From: Tubulanus polymorphus | Lineage: Eukaryota; Animalia; Nemertea | Length of the DNA: 64,000 bases | Assembly: GCF_964204645.1 (NCBI RefSeq) | Contig: NC_134033.1 | Coordinates: 4,116,231 to 4,180,230 of the forward strand | Direction of reading: 5' to 3' | Shown: piece by piece, positions 1 through 12,899 of the stretch | Layout of the letters: the number at the start of each line of letters is the position of its first letter | How positions within the stretch are numbered: the first letter of the stretch is position 1 | Notes under the pieces: generated by a model | What the model saw: the letters and a program-made list of their open reading frames with translations, nothing else | The model's database searches: none | Told to the model about the DNA's origin: nothing | Position numbers and translations under genes: made by a program

Positions 1-2659
1 TCTCGGTCGTTTCTAATCGGCGGTAGGCCATAGGGCGATTATTCGGTAACTGCACGTCGTCGTTCTTCCACAGTAGGCTCGTCTCGTATCTGTCACCGAG
101 ACATCTCGTTCTCTCTCGCAGGATCTTATCGGCTCTGATATCTTCTCGGGATTCGGCTACGGGCTTGTCGTACTTCGTTCCGAAAGACTCCGTTGACCAC
201 CATGCATCAAGCGTCTCGTGGATATTATCGGTCGACTTCCCGAGGCACAATACGTTTCTTTCAGTCGTCTGTTCGGTATTCGCCATATTGCCGGTAACGG
301 ACCAGCCAAAATCGGTTCTTACGGCAATCGGTCGGCCGGGCCCTGCTGTTCTGACTTCGTGCTGGATGATGGCTTCGATGACGTTGGCTCCCAGCAGAAC
401 TTCTACTTGCCCGGATGACGTTTCTGGTATACAAATGTCACTGAAGTAGTTTTCGATTATCGTTTTCTTTATCTTCGGCATCGAAACGTTCAATCTGGGT
501 ACAGCCCACGCCTCGTTGACTTCTATGACGTTTTTGACGGCTTCGGGTCCGAGCGGTTTGATTTTCATCTTGAATTTAAGCGTCTTGTACCGTTCACCGT
601 CATTTTCGACATTGCTCAACTTCAGAAATTTTCTCTCGCCGCTGATACCGAGTCGATCAACAAGTCTGCTACAGCACAGTGACGTTTGTGCGCCTGAGTC
701 GAGTAGCGCATAGGTATCTTGGTGCTGACCTCCGTCGCCATAAAGTCTGACTGGAACGACTTGCAGTATGGCGTTTGACACGTTATGCTTCTGGCGGCTA
801 GTAGTGTTGATTTCGGCTTCAGTCTCGTAGTATTCTTGGTTGTTGACGGATGATTCATCTGATAGACACACTGCAGCGACTTCTCTCTTCGGGTACACTC
901 GTTGACTCCCGTGTAGCAGGGGGTGATGTTTCCCCTTGCAGTTTGGCTGGGTACATGTTTTCTTGCCAGGACAGAATCTCACACGATGACCTTCTCCCAA
1001 GCAGCAGAAACATCTCTTTGACTCTGCAATGTACGCTGATCTCTCGTTGACAGACTTCAGCTTAAACGTTCGACATACAGCGAGCTTATGGTCTTCGTTG
1101 CAGAGTGGACATTTAGCTTGATTCTGGGTCGTGAACATCGATCTAGTATTCGGTCGTGGTCGGTCGAAACTTCGAGTTTCTCTTGTTTCAGTCCGCGTGG
1201 CTGGACAGTTCAATGATATCTTCACTTGCTGCGTCAACCATCTACTCAAGTCAGACAGGTTTGGGCGGCGTGGTTCAATCTCAAATACTTTCTTGCCCCA
1301 TTCACGGTTGAGTTCTGGCGGTAGCTTCATTACGATTCGGCGAAGATTCTCTACGCTTGCTAGGTCACCCTGATAGCCGAGATTCTCAAGGGTCGTCACG
1401 GCACAGTGAAGGCTAGCTTGAAATCTTTCGAGCGGTCCTGCATCACAATTCTTCAGCGGGGGCTGTGTGAAAACTTTCTTGAGGCACGCTTTCACGACGT
1501 CTTCTTCTCGGCCGAATCTTTCTTCGAGTGATCTCAGAGCTTGGTGATATAGTCGACCTTCGTACATCATACCGGCAATCGTCTGCTGTGCGACACCGGT
1601 CACGGCTGACTGCAAGTGCGTGATTTTCTCTGTGTTTGTAAGATCTGGTTGGTCGTCGATCAGCGCCTTAAACAAACCATACCATTTCGGCCAATCGCTT
1701 GGATCACCGTCAAACTTGTGCAAATGTATCTTCGGTACGGACTTTGAGAATAGATGGTTCGATCTTCTGCTTTGATTGGTTGGTTGGTTTCGGTTCGGCT
1801 GATATTCGGGTTGATACGACATGGACCAGTCAGGCGGCGGTATAACGGGCTGCATCGGCGGCAGAGTTCTATCGGGCTGTGACATCGGCAGGATTCTATC
1901 GGGCTGCGACATCGGCATGATTCTATCGGTCTGCGACATCGGCAGGATTCTATCGGGCTGCGACATCGGCAGGATTCTATCGGGCTGCGACATCGGCAGG
2001 ATTCTATCGAGCTGCGACATCGGCAGGATCCTATCGGGCTGCGACATCGGCAGGATTCTATCGGGCTGCGACATCGGCAGGATTCTATCGGGCTGCGGCA
2101 TAGGCAGGATTTCGTCGTCGAAGTCACGTAGGCGATCAGCGTTTAAGACATCTGCGTCTTGGAGGCTGGCTTCTAGCGCGGCGGCGTCGGCTTCGTCTTG
2201 AGCCTGGGCTAGCTTGGCTTGACGAGTGAGTTCATCTTGTTGACGTTCTATTTCGAGGCGACGTCTCAGTTGTTTTACTTCAAGGGCCTTCTTCTGCGCA
2301 CGTACGGTGGTTGCTCGTGACGCCGCTGACGAGGCCTTTGACATGACGGATGAGGCGTCGTCAGCTCTTGACTGCAGATAGGTCTTAATGCTAGCGACCA
2401 TCTGTGTGTGCGTCTCTTCGATTTCGGTGACGTATTTCTCTGCGGCGGCTGTCTCAGTTTCATCGTTGAGGCTATCGACGTACGTGTCGTTGGCTATCGC
2501 GACATTTTCTAAGGCGTCTGCTAACTTCTGGACCAGCGACACCAACTGGGTTCGGCTGCCTCGAACTTCGATCAGCGTGGTCACTTGGTTGCAGATCCGG
2601 GTAAACGTTGCTTTTCTGCAGCCTCGGGTGGTCTTCAGTTTTCTGCTTTCTTCGGTCAT
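1..2659 (-). CDS. BEL/Pao Gag-protease polyprotein (open to window edge, absent from ORF track)
   Basis: Hand translation: MTEESRKLKTTRG..., VPKIHLHKFDGDPSDWPKWYGLFKALID (DUF1759-type gag), Cys/His knuckles CPLCNEDHKLAVC, CFCCLGEGHRVRFC and CTQPNCKGKHHPLLH, protease ALLDSGAQTS (~682-710), Pao motifs VLLGAN and AVRTDFGW. Confidence 0.92.
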   Translation of the reverse strand, partial: MTEESRKLKTTRGCRKATFTRICNQVTTLIEVRGSRTQLVSLVQKLADALENVAIANDTYVDSLNDETETAAAEKYVTEIEETHTQMVASIKTYLQSRADDASSVMSKASSAASRATTVRAQKKALEVKQLRRRLEIERQQDELTRQAKLAQAQDEADAAALEASLQDADVLNADRLRDFDDEILPMPQPDRILPMSQPDRILPMSQPDRILPMSQLDRILPMSQPDRILPMSQPDRILPMSQTDRIMPMSQPDRILPMSQPDRTLPPMQPVIPPPDWSMSYQPEYQPNRNQPTNQSRRSNHLFSKSVPKIHLHKFDGDPSDWPKWYGLFKALIDDQPDLTNTEKITHLQSAVTGVAQQTIAGMMYEGRLYHQALRSLEERFGREEDVVKACLKKVFTQPPLKNCDAGPLERFQASLHCAVTTLENLGYQGDLASVENLRRIVMKLPPELNREWGKKVFEIEPRRPNLSDLSRWLTQQVKISLNCPATRTETRETRSFDRPRPNTRSMFTTQNQAKCPLCNEDHKLAVCRTFKLKSVNERSAYIAESKRCFCCLGEGHRVRFCPGKKTCTQPNCKGKHHPLLHGSQRVYPKREVAAVCLSDESSVNNQEYYETEAEINTTSRQKHNVSNAILQVVPVRLYGDGGQHQDTYALLDSGAQTSLCCSRLVDRLGISGERKFLKLSNVENDGERYKTLKFKMKIKPLGPEAVKNVIEVNEAWAVPRLNVSMPKIKKTIIENYFSDICIPETSSGQVEVLLGANVIEAIIQHEVRTAGPGRPIAVRTDFGWSVTGNMANTEQTTERNVLCLGKSTDNIHETLDAWWSTESFGTKYDKPVAESREDIRADKILRERTRCLGDRYETSLLWKNDDVQLPNNRPMAYRRLETTE
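1855..2112 (-). repeat. 27-bp in-frame tandem repeat in gag, (ILPMSQPDR)n, ~9 copies
   Basis: Plus-strand unit gacatcggcaggattctatcgggctgc. Confidence 0.95.
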
Positions 2660-2673
2660 CTTTGTTGTCTTCT

Positions 2674-2691
2674 ATCCGGTTCGAGGGACCA
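2674..2691 (-). promoter_or_regulatory. Primer binding site, tRNA-Tyr-like
   Basis: Minus strand TGGTCCCTCGAACCGGAT lies between the LTR and the gag ATG and resembles the complement of the tRNA-Tyr 3' end. Confidence 0.8.
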
Positions 2692-2696
2692 GTTAA

Positions 2697-3347
2697 TGTT
2701 GGGAGAGTTCTCGGTCCAACACCACGGGGTTTCGGGCTCACTCCACTGACAGGCGATGGGAGTGAGGAAGCGAGCGAGGAGGACTGTATAGGTTCTCGGA
2801 CAGAAGCAAAGCAAAGGCCGGGCAGAAGCAGAAGCCAGGCGGGTCGACAAGGCAGAAGCAAAGCCAGGCGGGTCACCAGACAGAAGCAAATTTAGCGAGT
2901 CGGCCAGAGTCACGTCCCCTGGTTGAAGCAGCAAGGCAGAGTCGTCGTCCTGTCCCTTGAAGCAGCCGTTCCTTTCGTCATGAAAATGACTAACTTTAAG
3001 ACTTTCTTCAGACTATAGCGATTTATTTAGCGGAGAGATGTGTACAGTCAGGCTTGCATAGATGAACTGATTTTACAGGATATTTGTTGCGGCCTTTATA
3101 CAAAATCAGGCTGGGAACTAATTATGATTACAATCTGTTGAGAATGTTACAAACTGTCAAAATGTTACTATAAAAAGGATTAAAATATACAAACGAGAGA
3201 ACAGGCACAGTCTTAAACTAGTTAGAAACAAAATAATACACGTGTTATAGATTATGAAACGCGAGTTCACACGGGATCTCGGTGGTAACCAGGTCCACGG
3301 GCACTATAGCCATCTGGCTTTGATAAACTGTTGTAACGGTTACAACA
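2697..3347 (-). repeat. 5' LTR of the BEL/Pao element (651 bp)
   Basis: Minus strand begins TGTTG and ends CAACA. TATAAA at 3100-3095, AATAAA at 3027-3022. PBS follows 5 nt later. Confidence 0.88.
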
Positions 3348-6300
3348 AGATTAGAAAACGCGTTTGGAACGATGTAAGACAAATTATTTCCCGAAATATC
3401 GAGAAAACGAAGATAAATGAAAGAGTTGAACGTCGACTCGTTAAATACGACTCGATTATTAGACAAAATCAAAACCCGAGTTGATTCTATAAAACGATCA
3501 GTGATATCTGATAAAAGAGCATTTTCACAATCGATGAAATGACCCCGGCAATTACAACGCTCAGGACACGTGACCTTACAGAATGACTCGTCATCCGAGT
3601 TATGTTTACAATTTACGACTCCGTCGCAAACTTCAGATTGCGGAATACATCGGTTTTCCTGGCCACATTTAAACATTCCCGGACACGACCAAGTCTCGCA
3701 GTTTCGTTCATCTTCTGAATTAGGACAATCGGATCGACCGTCACAAACGTGTCTGATCGGTATACAGTAAGATGCCGGACATTTTACAGTACCAGCCGCG
3801 CATTCGAAGTCATTACACGCGAGTATATGTTCAAGATTTCTACATACCGGGAAACCAATCGGCATCCTTTCTAAAATACACCTTTCGTGTCGGGAATAAC
3901 AGCGAAGAGAATTGAACGAACATCTTTGTTCATCCGATTCCTTACACAGATCTGTGAAACGAGTCGAACATTGATTGTCATCATTACAGTAAACCTCGGG
4001 ATTCACTGTCATATTAGTAACCAATTCGTCTTCTTCGAGACTTCCGCTACAATCCACGACACCATCCCGATACAACTGAAAACTAATACATTCACCGTCC
4101 GCGCACGAGAACCCCTGACAAAGTTCGGAAGTACATCCAACCTCATCGGAACCGTCTTTACAGTTGGCTAGTCCGTCACATCGTTTATAACTATCGATGC
4201 ATTGGTGATTGGAACAGCGATATTGCGTAGATAAACACGGTGGATGATAGCACGAGTTCTCATCCGAGCCATCGACGCAATCTCTCATAAAGTCACAGAA
4301 ACCGCTTATCGATATAACCTGTCCATCGTTACAGCGGAACTGACTGTGTAAATTGATATCCGTACAATCGAGTTCATCTTCACCGTGTTGACAGTCGTGT
4401 CTGGTATCACATACGCGATGGTCGCTGATACATCTTTGATCGTTACATTCAAACTGCCACGATTTACAACCGCTTATAGAAGCCAACTCTTCACCAGTTA
4501 CATTATAGGTACACAACACGGAATGTACTTTATCATTGAAGGCAGTCACTGACCATTTAACCGATTGAATATAAGTAATTTCATTTCTGGTCACCAGTGG
4601 TTTGATAACTTTAAATCCATCGAGGCCCATTGTCAGTATAGCGCCATATTGATGACGATATTGAAATTCGCTGACCAAGTTTTTCACGTCACTTTCTGTA
4701 TTTGAGGTGATTTTTACTATTTCGGCGCGGAAACTGTGACACATTTCTCTAGCACTCCGAATATTCAAACCTCGATTGTTTTTCCAGTCGGTTAGTATTT
4801 GAAAACATTGTCCCGAAATAGTTACCCAACCTCTTGGACAGGTTGAATTTATTAAAGTAATATCGGGAATCGTTTGATCTATTGTTTTATTTAAGTCTGT
4901 ATTTGATGAATTGTTCGCATCGTTTATCGTTGAATTGTGTTTGTTTTTGATGTCGATTCTCTCAGATTCACAAATGAATGTCGTGTGCGTCTCCTCGATT
5001 TGACACGGGAATCGAACCCAGTTCGCCGATCCTCGTGGATTATTCAGTATCATCGCCGTACACGGCATATTGACGTCATTTATCGGTTGTTTTCTTAGCG
5101 GAGATATCAATCCTCGAATAACTTCTGGTATCGTTTCATTAATAACAGGTTTATACCACTCTGTGTAGCTCAATGGTTTACCGTCAGTCCACGTGTAATA
5201 ACCATCATTCTGTTTCGCGAAGAAAATGAAATATATCACTTCTTTAAAAATCATTAGATTTTAATTTATATTAGAATGCATTAGTCTTACCTTCCATTTT
5301 AATCCAATCATCATTATGAGTGCTTTTAATGTATAAGCCATTCGGAGAAGTTCTGTAGCGAAAATTCTTTTGACGGAAATCATTTCCTGTTCTGAGTTGA
5401 TACTGAGTAGATGTCCCGCGTACTTCTGTCTACAGTATATTTCAGCGTTCTCCCAATTCAGACGTTCATCTCTGATGAATTTGATGCAGGAAATTCCGGA
5501 ATCCAGAAATCCTTGTTTACAGTAGAAATTATCGAAATGTTTAATCGGTAACGACTCGTGTAAAGTGTATTGTATTTGAAATGTCGGAATATAATTCTTT
5601 ACTTCAAAACGCAGAGTATTATCTCTTATACTATGAAATATAAGTCCACGAACCGCGTTATTTTCACATATTAAAGTTTCGTGTTGGGTACTAATAATTT
5701 TGATCAGTTTTCCATTTTGGAAGAGGTTGTACTGTATCCGCTGTATCAAGATTATTGGATCATTCTCACGTATGCTGTTTGTTTCGCATGAAACTGATCC
5801 AATAAATTTGACAATGAATCTGTAATATTGAAATATATTTTGTTCCATATGGTTTTCAAATTTATATGAAATAGATTCTGATGTAAGTCCTGCCCAACCC
5901 GGGTAGTTCGGTGACTGGACGAGTCCACATTTATCTTTAGTAGTAACTGGGAGATGGGATCCAAGAAATCCAGAACTATCAGATTTTTTCACTCCTAGAC
6001 ATTTACGACGTAGTTGAACTATTAGTGGATACTGCCAGAACCCAAACTCATTAACTGTGAAATCTACAGTGTTTAGTACGAGACTGTTATTAAGAAACTG
6101 ATTACTCAAACTCAGAAACTGATCACATGACCATGACATCTTGAAAAAACATTTATCATTTTGATATTCGTGTTCTGATAATATGTGAATATTTTTCAAG
6201 CGAAGGCGTCGATTTTCAGGTGTAATCACGAGACAGTGTGACGTCATATTGATCTGACGTTCTTCTTCCTGTAGAACATAACCATCACAATCAGTAGGAG

Positions 6301-8296
6301 CAAATTGTAGAGATGACCAGACAGGATCACCAACTGTTAACTGATTGTTATAGTAATAAGCGTATGCTACTACAGTAACCGGTCCACCTGATGTAATCAG
6401 GCTGACGACAGATCGACCGTAGTATGAACCAGGACAATACGGACCATTGCGTCTAACTGTGAAATTACTACCATCAAATATAAAAAAACCAGCTCGATCA
6501 CAGTTTTCTGATAGCACTGTTAGTTTCAAATGTTCTTCATACATGTTCACTTTCCAGTTTAGTTGTAATGTAGTTACACGATACAATGTATTCTTTGATC
6601 TCGGGAACAAGTGACCACCTGTTATTGTCACGCCTACATCAATCTGAAATATAAGGAAATTGATAACAACATTGAACGTTTACAATAAATTTTTACGTTT
6701 ACAATCCTCCCCCCGTAATGACATTTTGTCCCTGTACATTTCCTCTCTGGTCAATATCACCTAGTTTTTATGTGCTATAGTGTTTGTCGTTCTTGCTTGA
6801 TATATGTACTGTGTAATGCCATACTTTTAGTCACTCTTGAAAATGGTTTTTAGCATAAGACCGAAAATTCGAGGTTTTAATAGATTTAGATAGTTTTGAT
6901 GTTTTAAAATCTTTATCGATCCTGTGATTGTGGGACTCATATTTCATTCGTCTCTCGCGATTTATTGCGTAGTTTTATCACGTTGAACAATACAACAATT
7001 TCAAATTCCCTATTACAATGATTCTATTACACGAACCCAATTTACAAATCACTGTTATAAACTTACCCTTATCCTTGGCTTGTTGACGTAGACGTCTGAT
7101 ATTGTCATCGATTTCACTTCAAATTCTATTTTCAAATTCGATCTTAAAAAATCCGATGTCGTTAAAACGCACAGAATCACGAGAAATCCGTCTGATTTTA
7201 CACTCAGAGATTTAAGATGGTTAAAACTGAGTAAAATATCAATTCTCACAATACGTAACCCTTCCTGTTTATATACACCAACGACACCTGGTGACGAGAC
7301 GAGATCACGTGTCCAGTTGAAGACGACGTACTGCAGAACATCGACTGTGATAGACCAGCAGTATAAGTGTTTAGACTGAGTTACTATATGTGGTATTCCA
7401 TCAATTGTAGTGAGCAGTCCTGATTTATTATAGACTTGAATTAACGGGTTAGAGACTTTCCAATCTGATATTTTGTAAACTTGCACGAGTAACTGCGACT
7501 TAACTCTACTTGAAAAAAAATCAATACGTGCTCTTTTAGTTTTAGTATAAAACGATGAAGGTGGATGTCCGGTTTGTTCTCGTATAAGAGCTATAGGTTC
7601 ACTGGTGCTGTTCCATCCGTCGTAAATTTGAGGACGAGTTTTCATTGGATCCTCACCTGGTCTTAATCTGAAATCTATCCGTATGAACGTTAAATTCATT
7701 GCAAACCCGTCTGGCATCCCGATCCATTCAAATTTTAACTGCAATTTACATAGCAGGGTAGAAATCGCGAATTTATAACCTGTTTGAGTTGGTAATTCTT
7801 CTACTGCACCTTTGAAAATGCATTTATATTCGATTTTCAAACGACTCTGTTCTTCAAAACGATATATAATATAAACCCGACTACCTCGCGCTCCATCGAC
7901 GTTACTCCTAAACAACAACGAAATCAAATCGCTACTGCGGATATCTAGTTGTTTTCTTCCGGTAGCGCAGAGTTTGTTGTCGGACTCACCGACGAGAAGG
8001 TAGTTTTCGTTACAGAATATCGACGGCTCGATGTCGTAGTAAACTTGAACGAGAAAACTTCCCGGTAAAGAGCTGTTGACGAACCAACGACATTCAACAC
8101 CGCGAACTAACGACGGATAGTTCGGTGAAACGATGTAACCAGACGTAGAATCGACGGAGTATTGAGTGTTGCTACAAGATGAACTGACTGTAACAGACGC
8201 GGCTTCCTCGACAGAGTTTGCGCGATCAGCCCGCGTAAATATACTATCTCCGCAAGCGATCAGTAAAACTACGAACAACGCTTTCATTCGCTGCAT
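3348..8296 (-). pseudogene. GRL101-like CUB/CTLD-LDLa-LRR GPCR, copy A, interrupted in the LRR region by the BEL/Pao element
   Basis: Exons 8296-7067, 6643-5291 and 5209-3348 with phase-0 GT-AG introns. The frame runs NAFSNL| into LTR sequence where copies B and D continue NNLY.LDL. Confidence 0.9.
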
Positions 8297-11200
8297 ATTG
8301 AACACAATTCACGCTTCAAAACAAACACATTTCTAACTATTTCCAAATTTGCGCGATATTTCTCTAAAGAGTCGCTGCAAAGTAATGACGAATTCGCAAA
8401 TGGCAGAAGTTGACGAATTGATCGAGTCCAATTATTTTGTAAAAAAATCCGCCCATCAAACTGGCGCCAGTCTCGTATTTGTAAAACTTTAATCTGCTCT
8501 CGGTTTCGCTGTAATTACCGCGGTTTCTAAATTTAGACGTGTTTCAATATATCTTGTTTATAATCATGTGCAATTATTTCTCTAAAAATATTTACAGTCG
8601 CTCCCGAACTGCGTTCAGTTTGTGATAATATTCGATGACATTTTCTATCTATACTGCAAAATATTCTGCGTCTCTGTAAAACACTTCGTCAATATCTGTT
8701 TCGACAATTCACACTCTACAGTCAATATAATAACTGAGTTGAAGCTAAGTGAAGCGCGTGGATATCTGATTGTGGTGAGTAATAGGTCTTGTTTGGTACA
8801 GATTGTTTTGAAGAAACAACAGCAACCAAGTAAGGGGATGACAGCGGTAGAGAAATGTTCAGAATCTTTAGTTAGGAAACAGTGACAATAACCGCGGCGA
8901 GAATCTGACTCGCGCACTCTGATTCGGTCCGTTCTAAATTTGTCCCGTTCCGGACCCGTTTTGAACGGTCTAACTGGTTCGTAGTTTGAACGCGACGAAA
9001 GTCCAACCAATAATAAATGAGGTGAATTAATAATTCCGAAACTTATGATCATTATTTAAAAACGTTTGATTTGTCTCAATCTATGTACATTACAGTCCGT
9101 TTGGCATTTTACTTGACACGGATCAGTAAAATTCATCGCACTGAATTGTTTTTATTCCTCCTTCCTCTTTTCGGCACAATTTTTCAACAAAAGAAAATTC
9201 TGTTATTCCTTTCCAGGTTTCAATCCAGTTACTTATAAAAGTTATGTTCATCTTAATATTCAATCTCATGATTTGCGAAAAATAGCTCTTTTTTTCATTT
9301 TTCCCATTATTTGAATCAACTTAATCATGATTTCCAATTATTTTCGTTTTTTGCGGTCCTTTGAGGTTTTTTGTGTTGAATACTCTAATGATAAAACAAA
9401 TTAATTTTCGTTTTTCCCATTTGTCTCCCTCTGTTTTGGAACGCCTACACGTATGATGGCAAAAATGATGATCTGATATGTTCGGTCACCGATAGTTGGG
9501 GAAATGTTTGTGTGTCTAAATAATTATTATTGAGAATAAGTTGGCGCCAGCGGTAGATTCAACTTTTAAGTATCTGATATAATTTGTTCTTCTGGTACGA
9601 AATTATCATCGGTTGATAATAGTTTTAATTCAGATATATTAAAGAACTTTAAAATATTGTATTATTTCAACACTGGTGTATATTCGGTCCGTGAAAAAGA
9701 ACATATTTCAATATTCCCCAATCAACTGTGTTTATGCATTATGATGTTATATTTTTGGTGGGAGGTGCTTCGTCTTTCAGAGACTGTTATATTGATAAAT
9801 CTAACTAACAACGACCTCGCGGGAAACATGAATTTTTAATCCGTATCATTTTCATCGAGTGATTAAATCATTGTTAAACTCAATTCTTCTTTCGGAACTA
9901 AATGACAATACTTCATAGATTTTTGAGGGTTGAATCGTAGATTACTATTTAGAAATATAACGCCTTCAAATTAGGGGAATTTTATATCCATGAAACCCTA
10001 AATCCTAGTTTCAAACGGATGATTCCCTCTCGCTCCATCAAACCCGCTTATATTTACGCAAGAATCTTGGGGATATAGATGTTAGAGAATTAGATATTAA
10101 TGTAAGCTTAATCCTTCACAGTTAGAAATAATATTGAAGGTTTTTTACGAGTTAGTAATTCGGAAAACACGACTCCGGTAAAATTTCTACCAATTCCAGC
10201 AAGTTTTGAGTTAGATATAACTAAAAACCAAAATTAACGGTAGTTATGGTAATCGGGGTAATTATGCCCTGCTGTTAACTTATCTCATAGTATTCGTTCA
10301 TCTAATGCGGTCACGTGACTCCAAACAAACTCAACCAAGTTTTAGGATTTCGAGGTTCAAGCCGGGGCTGATTATCCGTAGAATTGTCACCGGTTGTGGT
10401 ATTTGTCTAAAAATACACTTATAAACTAGTTTATACGTCCACGATTGAATGTAATTTCGACGATTCAATTCATACGACAAACTATTTTCGCATTTCATCA
10501 TTTCTCTGGTTTTCAATGTTGTGGTTTTCAGTGGTTCATAAAATACCGATCTGATTAAGGTCCTGTCTAATATAGATGAGCTGTTCCTTGATAAATGAGG
10601 AATATATGAACATATGTGTTAATTAGTAAATTGTCCTATAGTATACGCCCCATGGTTGGGCTGTTTTTGAAATAGAACCCAAATGTTAGAAGAACTTATA
10701 ATTCTTTGAGCACTCACCTGGCATTTTGTATTAATTGTTTTAGGGGTACTCTGGTGAATAAAATCGGGTTGATACTATTTATACGAATGTAAAACAGTCA
10801 TAAACTTAAAATCATCGATATCATTGTTTATTTTTCATTGATAGTATAATTATTTTTTTATGTTTTTCAAAGCTGGAAGAAAAAACGTCAGAATATTTAT
10901 TTCAAGCGAATCTATTATGTTTGAAAATCTTTGTTAAGACGAGGTAAAGTTTGCAAAACAATATTTTTCTAATAGAAATAATGTTATTAAAGAAATAAAA
11001 GATGGATGTGTTTGATCATGATGAACTTTGATATATGATAAATTCTTTGAGTACAATACCTATCATTTAGCAACGTATAATAGTTGTCATAAGAATAAAA
11101 CGACATACATTCATCATCATGTTATTACTCTTCAATTGTTAATAAGTTTAGTTTATAGCAACCTTTTCACCGTTGTATGGAATTCAGTGGTTCATGTGAT

Positions 11201-12899
11201 AGCGATTTAATTAAGGTCCTATCGTAAAATAGAGTAGAGTTTCTTACAGAGAGACTTACATTATAATTCCTCAAGCACGTAATCTGGCATTTTCTATAAT
11301 TGTTGAATGAAAATAAATACGATTCACATAAAAACCTTTCGATCGTTTCATGAAGTTTTTAGCAACAATTAAAGGTTGATTCAAATGAAGCCCTTTGGGC
11401 TTGGCCCTGCTTTGTTTATTTCATCGTTGTTTCTATCATGAGTTTTCTTCGAATAAATGATATTGACTTTTATCACTTGTGGTGACTCTTTCTCATAGTC
11501 GAGAAGTTTGAATTGGTCAGTGTGGACGGTTTATGAATTTACACGCGCCAATTCGCTGTACTTGGAAAAATCCGACATGATTGCAAAAATAAGGATTCGA
11601 GCATGCAAGCACTGGACCCTAACACCTTTGGTCCCTCTAGACCCATAACTGTAAACCTCGCGATTGAAAAAGCTGCCATTTGGTTCACAGAAACGACACT
11701 ATACCTCGGTGGCAGCACCGTACGGTCTAATTCAATGCAAATGTACTATATTGATAAAGACGAATAGAAGCAAGCGGGTTCGTAATGGGAGATTTTCCGA
11801 GTTTTTGAGCTGGTAAGTGATTTAGATATTCATTCATTACAATAAAAATTATAATAAATTTCTCTAGATGTTATTAAACATCGAAGTTCCTAATTTACAT
11901 AAACTTCATAGAATCTACTGAAAACGCTCTTGAAGATTTTTCATCGAATTAACATGGATGATAATTCGGGTTATAGACAATGAAAATTCGATTTAATGAA
12001 AGTATTGCAAACTAGTGTTTCATCTAATTCATGTTATTTTCAAAAGGATTTGAGGCGTTGCATAAACATATCATTTCAACGCGATCTACTTCATACAGTG
12101 AAATATTCGCTAAGATATTGAAGTTAAGATGTACAGAGTCAGTCCGGTATCATATCTAGCCAATGGTGGTCGTCGTGTCCATTGAACCATGGCGTAATCT
12201 GTTTATATCGTGTCCTGTTATTATTGTCCTCGGTCTTTGAAATCACGAAATTAAATTGAATTGTAAAACGTTCGATTCGAAGTGAATCAGTTCGAGGATC
12301 AATTCTTGTAACATTGGTCAAATCCAGCATACAATTATGTGTAGCCCATACGAGCACTTTGACCACAATCTAAAGCTTAGCGGATACTGACGTATTCAGC
12401 ATTTCTACATGAACGTCCTTGAGATCACTCGCTGGTCTAACACGCTTTGAATCGTCCAGTAGAATTTAAAGTATTTGTATTTTTTTCTATGTCGCCCTTT
12501 CGCAATTGCTCTGATTGCTACCATGCCGATTAAACCAACCCAAATCGACCGGAAGACTCAAAATCTTCCGGAATAAACTAAGAAGCTCCACACGTCACAT
12601 GATTCATGGCGAGTAGACATTTTGTGGAGTCAAATGTATAATCATCATGATTTAATTTCAATACACTGCAGAGCTATGTGATGTCCATTCAAAACTTATG
12701 TTTCAAAAATGAGCGCAAATTATCGCAACAATGGGGACCTCGGGGAATCGCCACAAAATGGCGCCTAGAAACTGGAAACTTATTTAATGTGAATCATTGT
12801 ATTCGTTCATCTAATGCGGTCACGTGCCTCAGGATTCGAGGTTCAAACCCGATTTATAGATAGGCAAACATTATACAGGGACTCGTGTCAAACTGTGGT

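Larger units (their letters stand above)
1..3347 (-). mobile_element. BEL/Pao LTR retrotransposon, 5' part (continues past the left edge), inserted in receptor copy A
   Basis: LTR 2697-3347 with TG...CA ends, PBS 2674-2691, open gag-pro frame from 2659. Receptor exon sequence resumes exactly at 3348. Confidence 0.93.

Noticed and set aside
165-2934. Listed short ORFs over the retrotransposon, including the Cys-rich SPIESCRCR repeat ORF
   Set aside because: Alternative-frame or antisense shadows of the gag-pro frame and the LTR.
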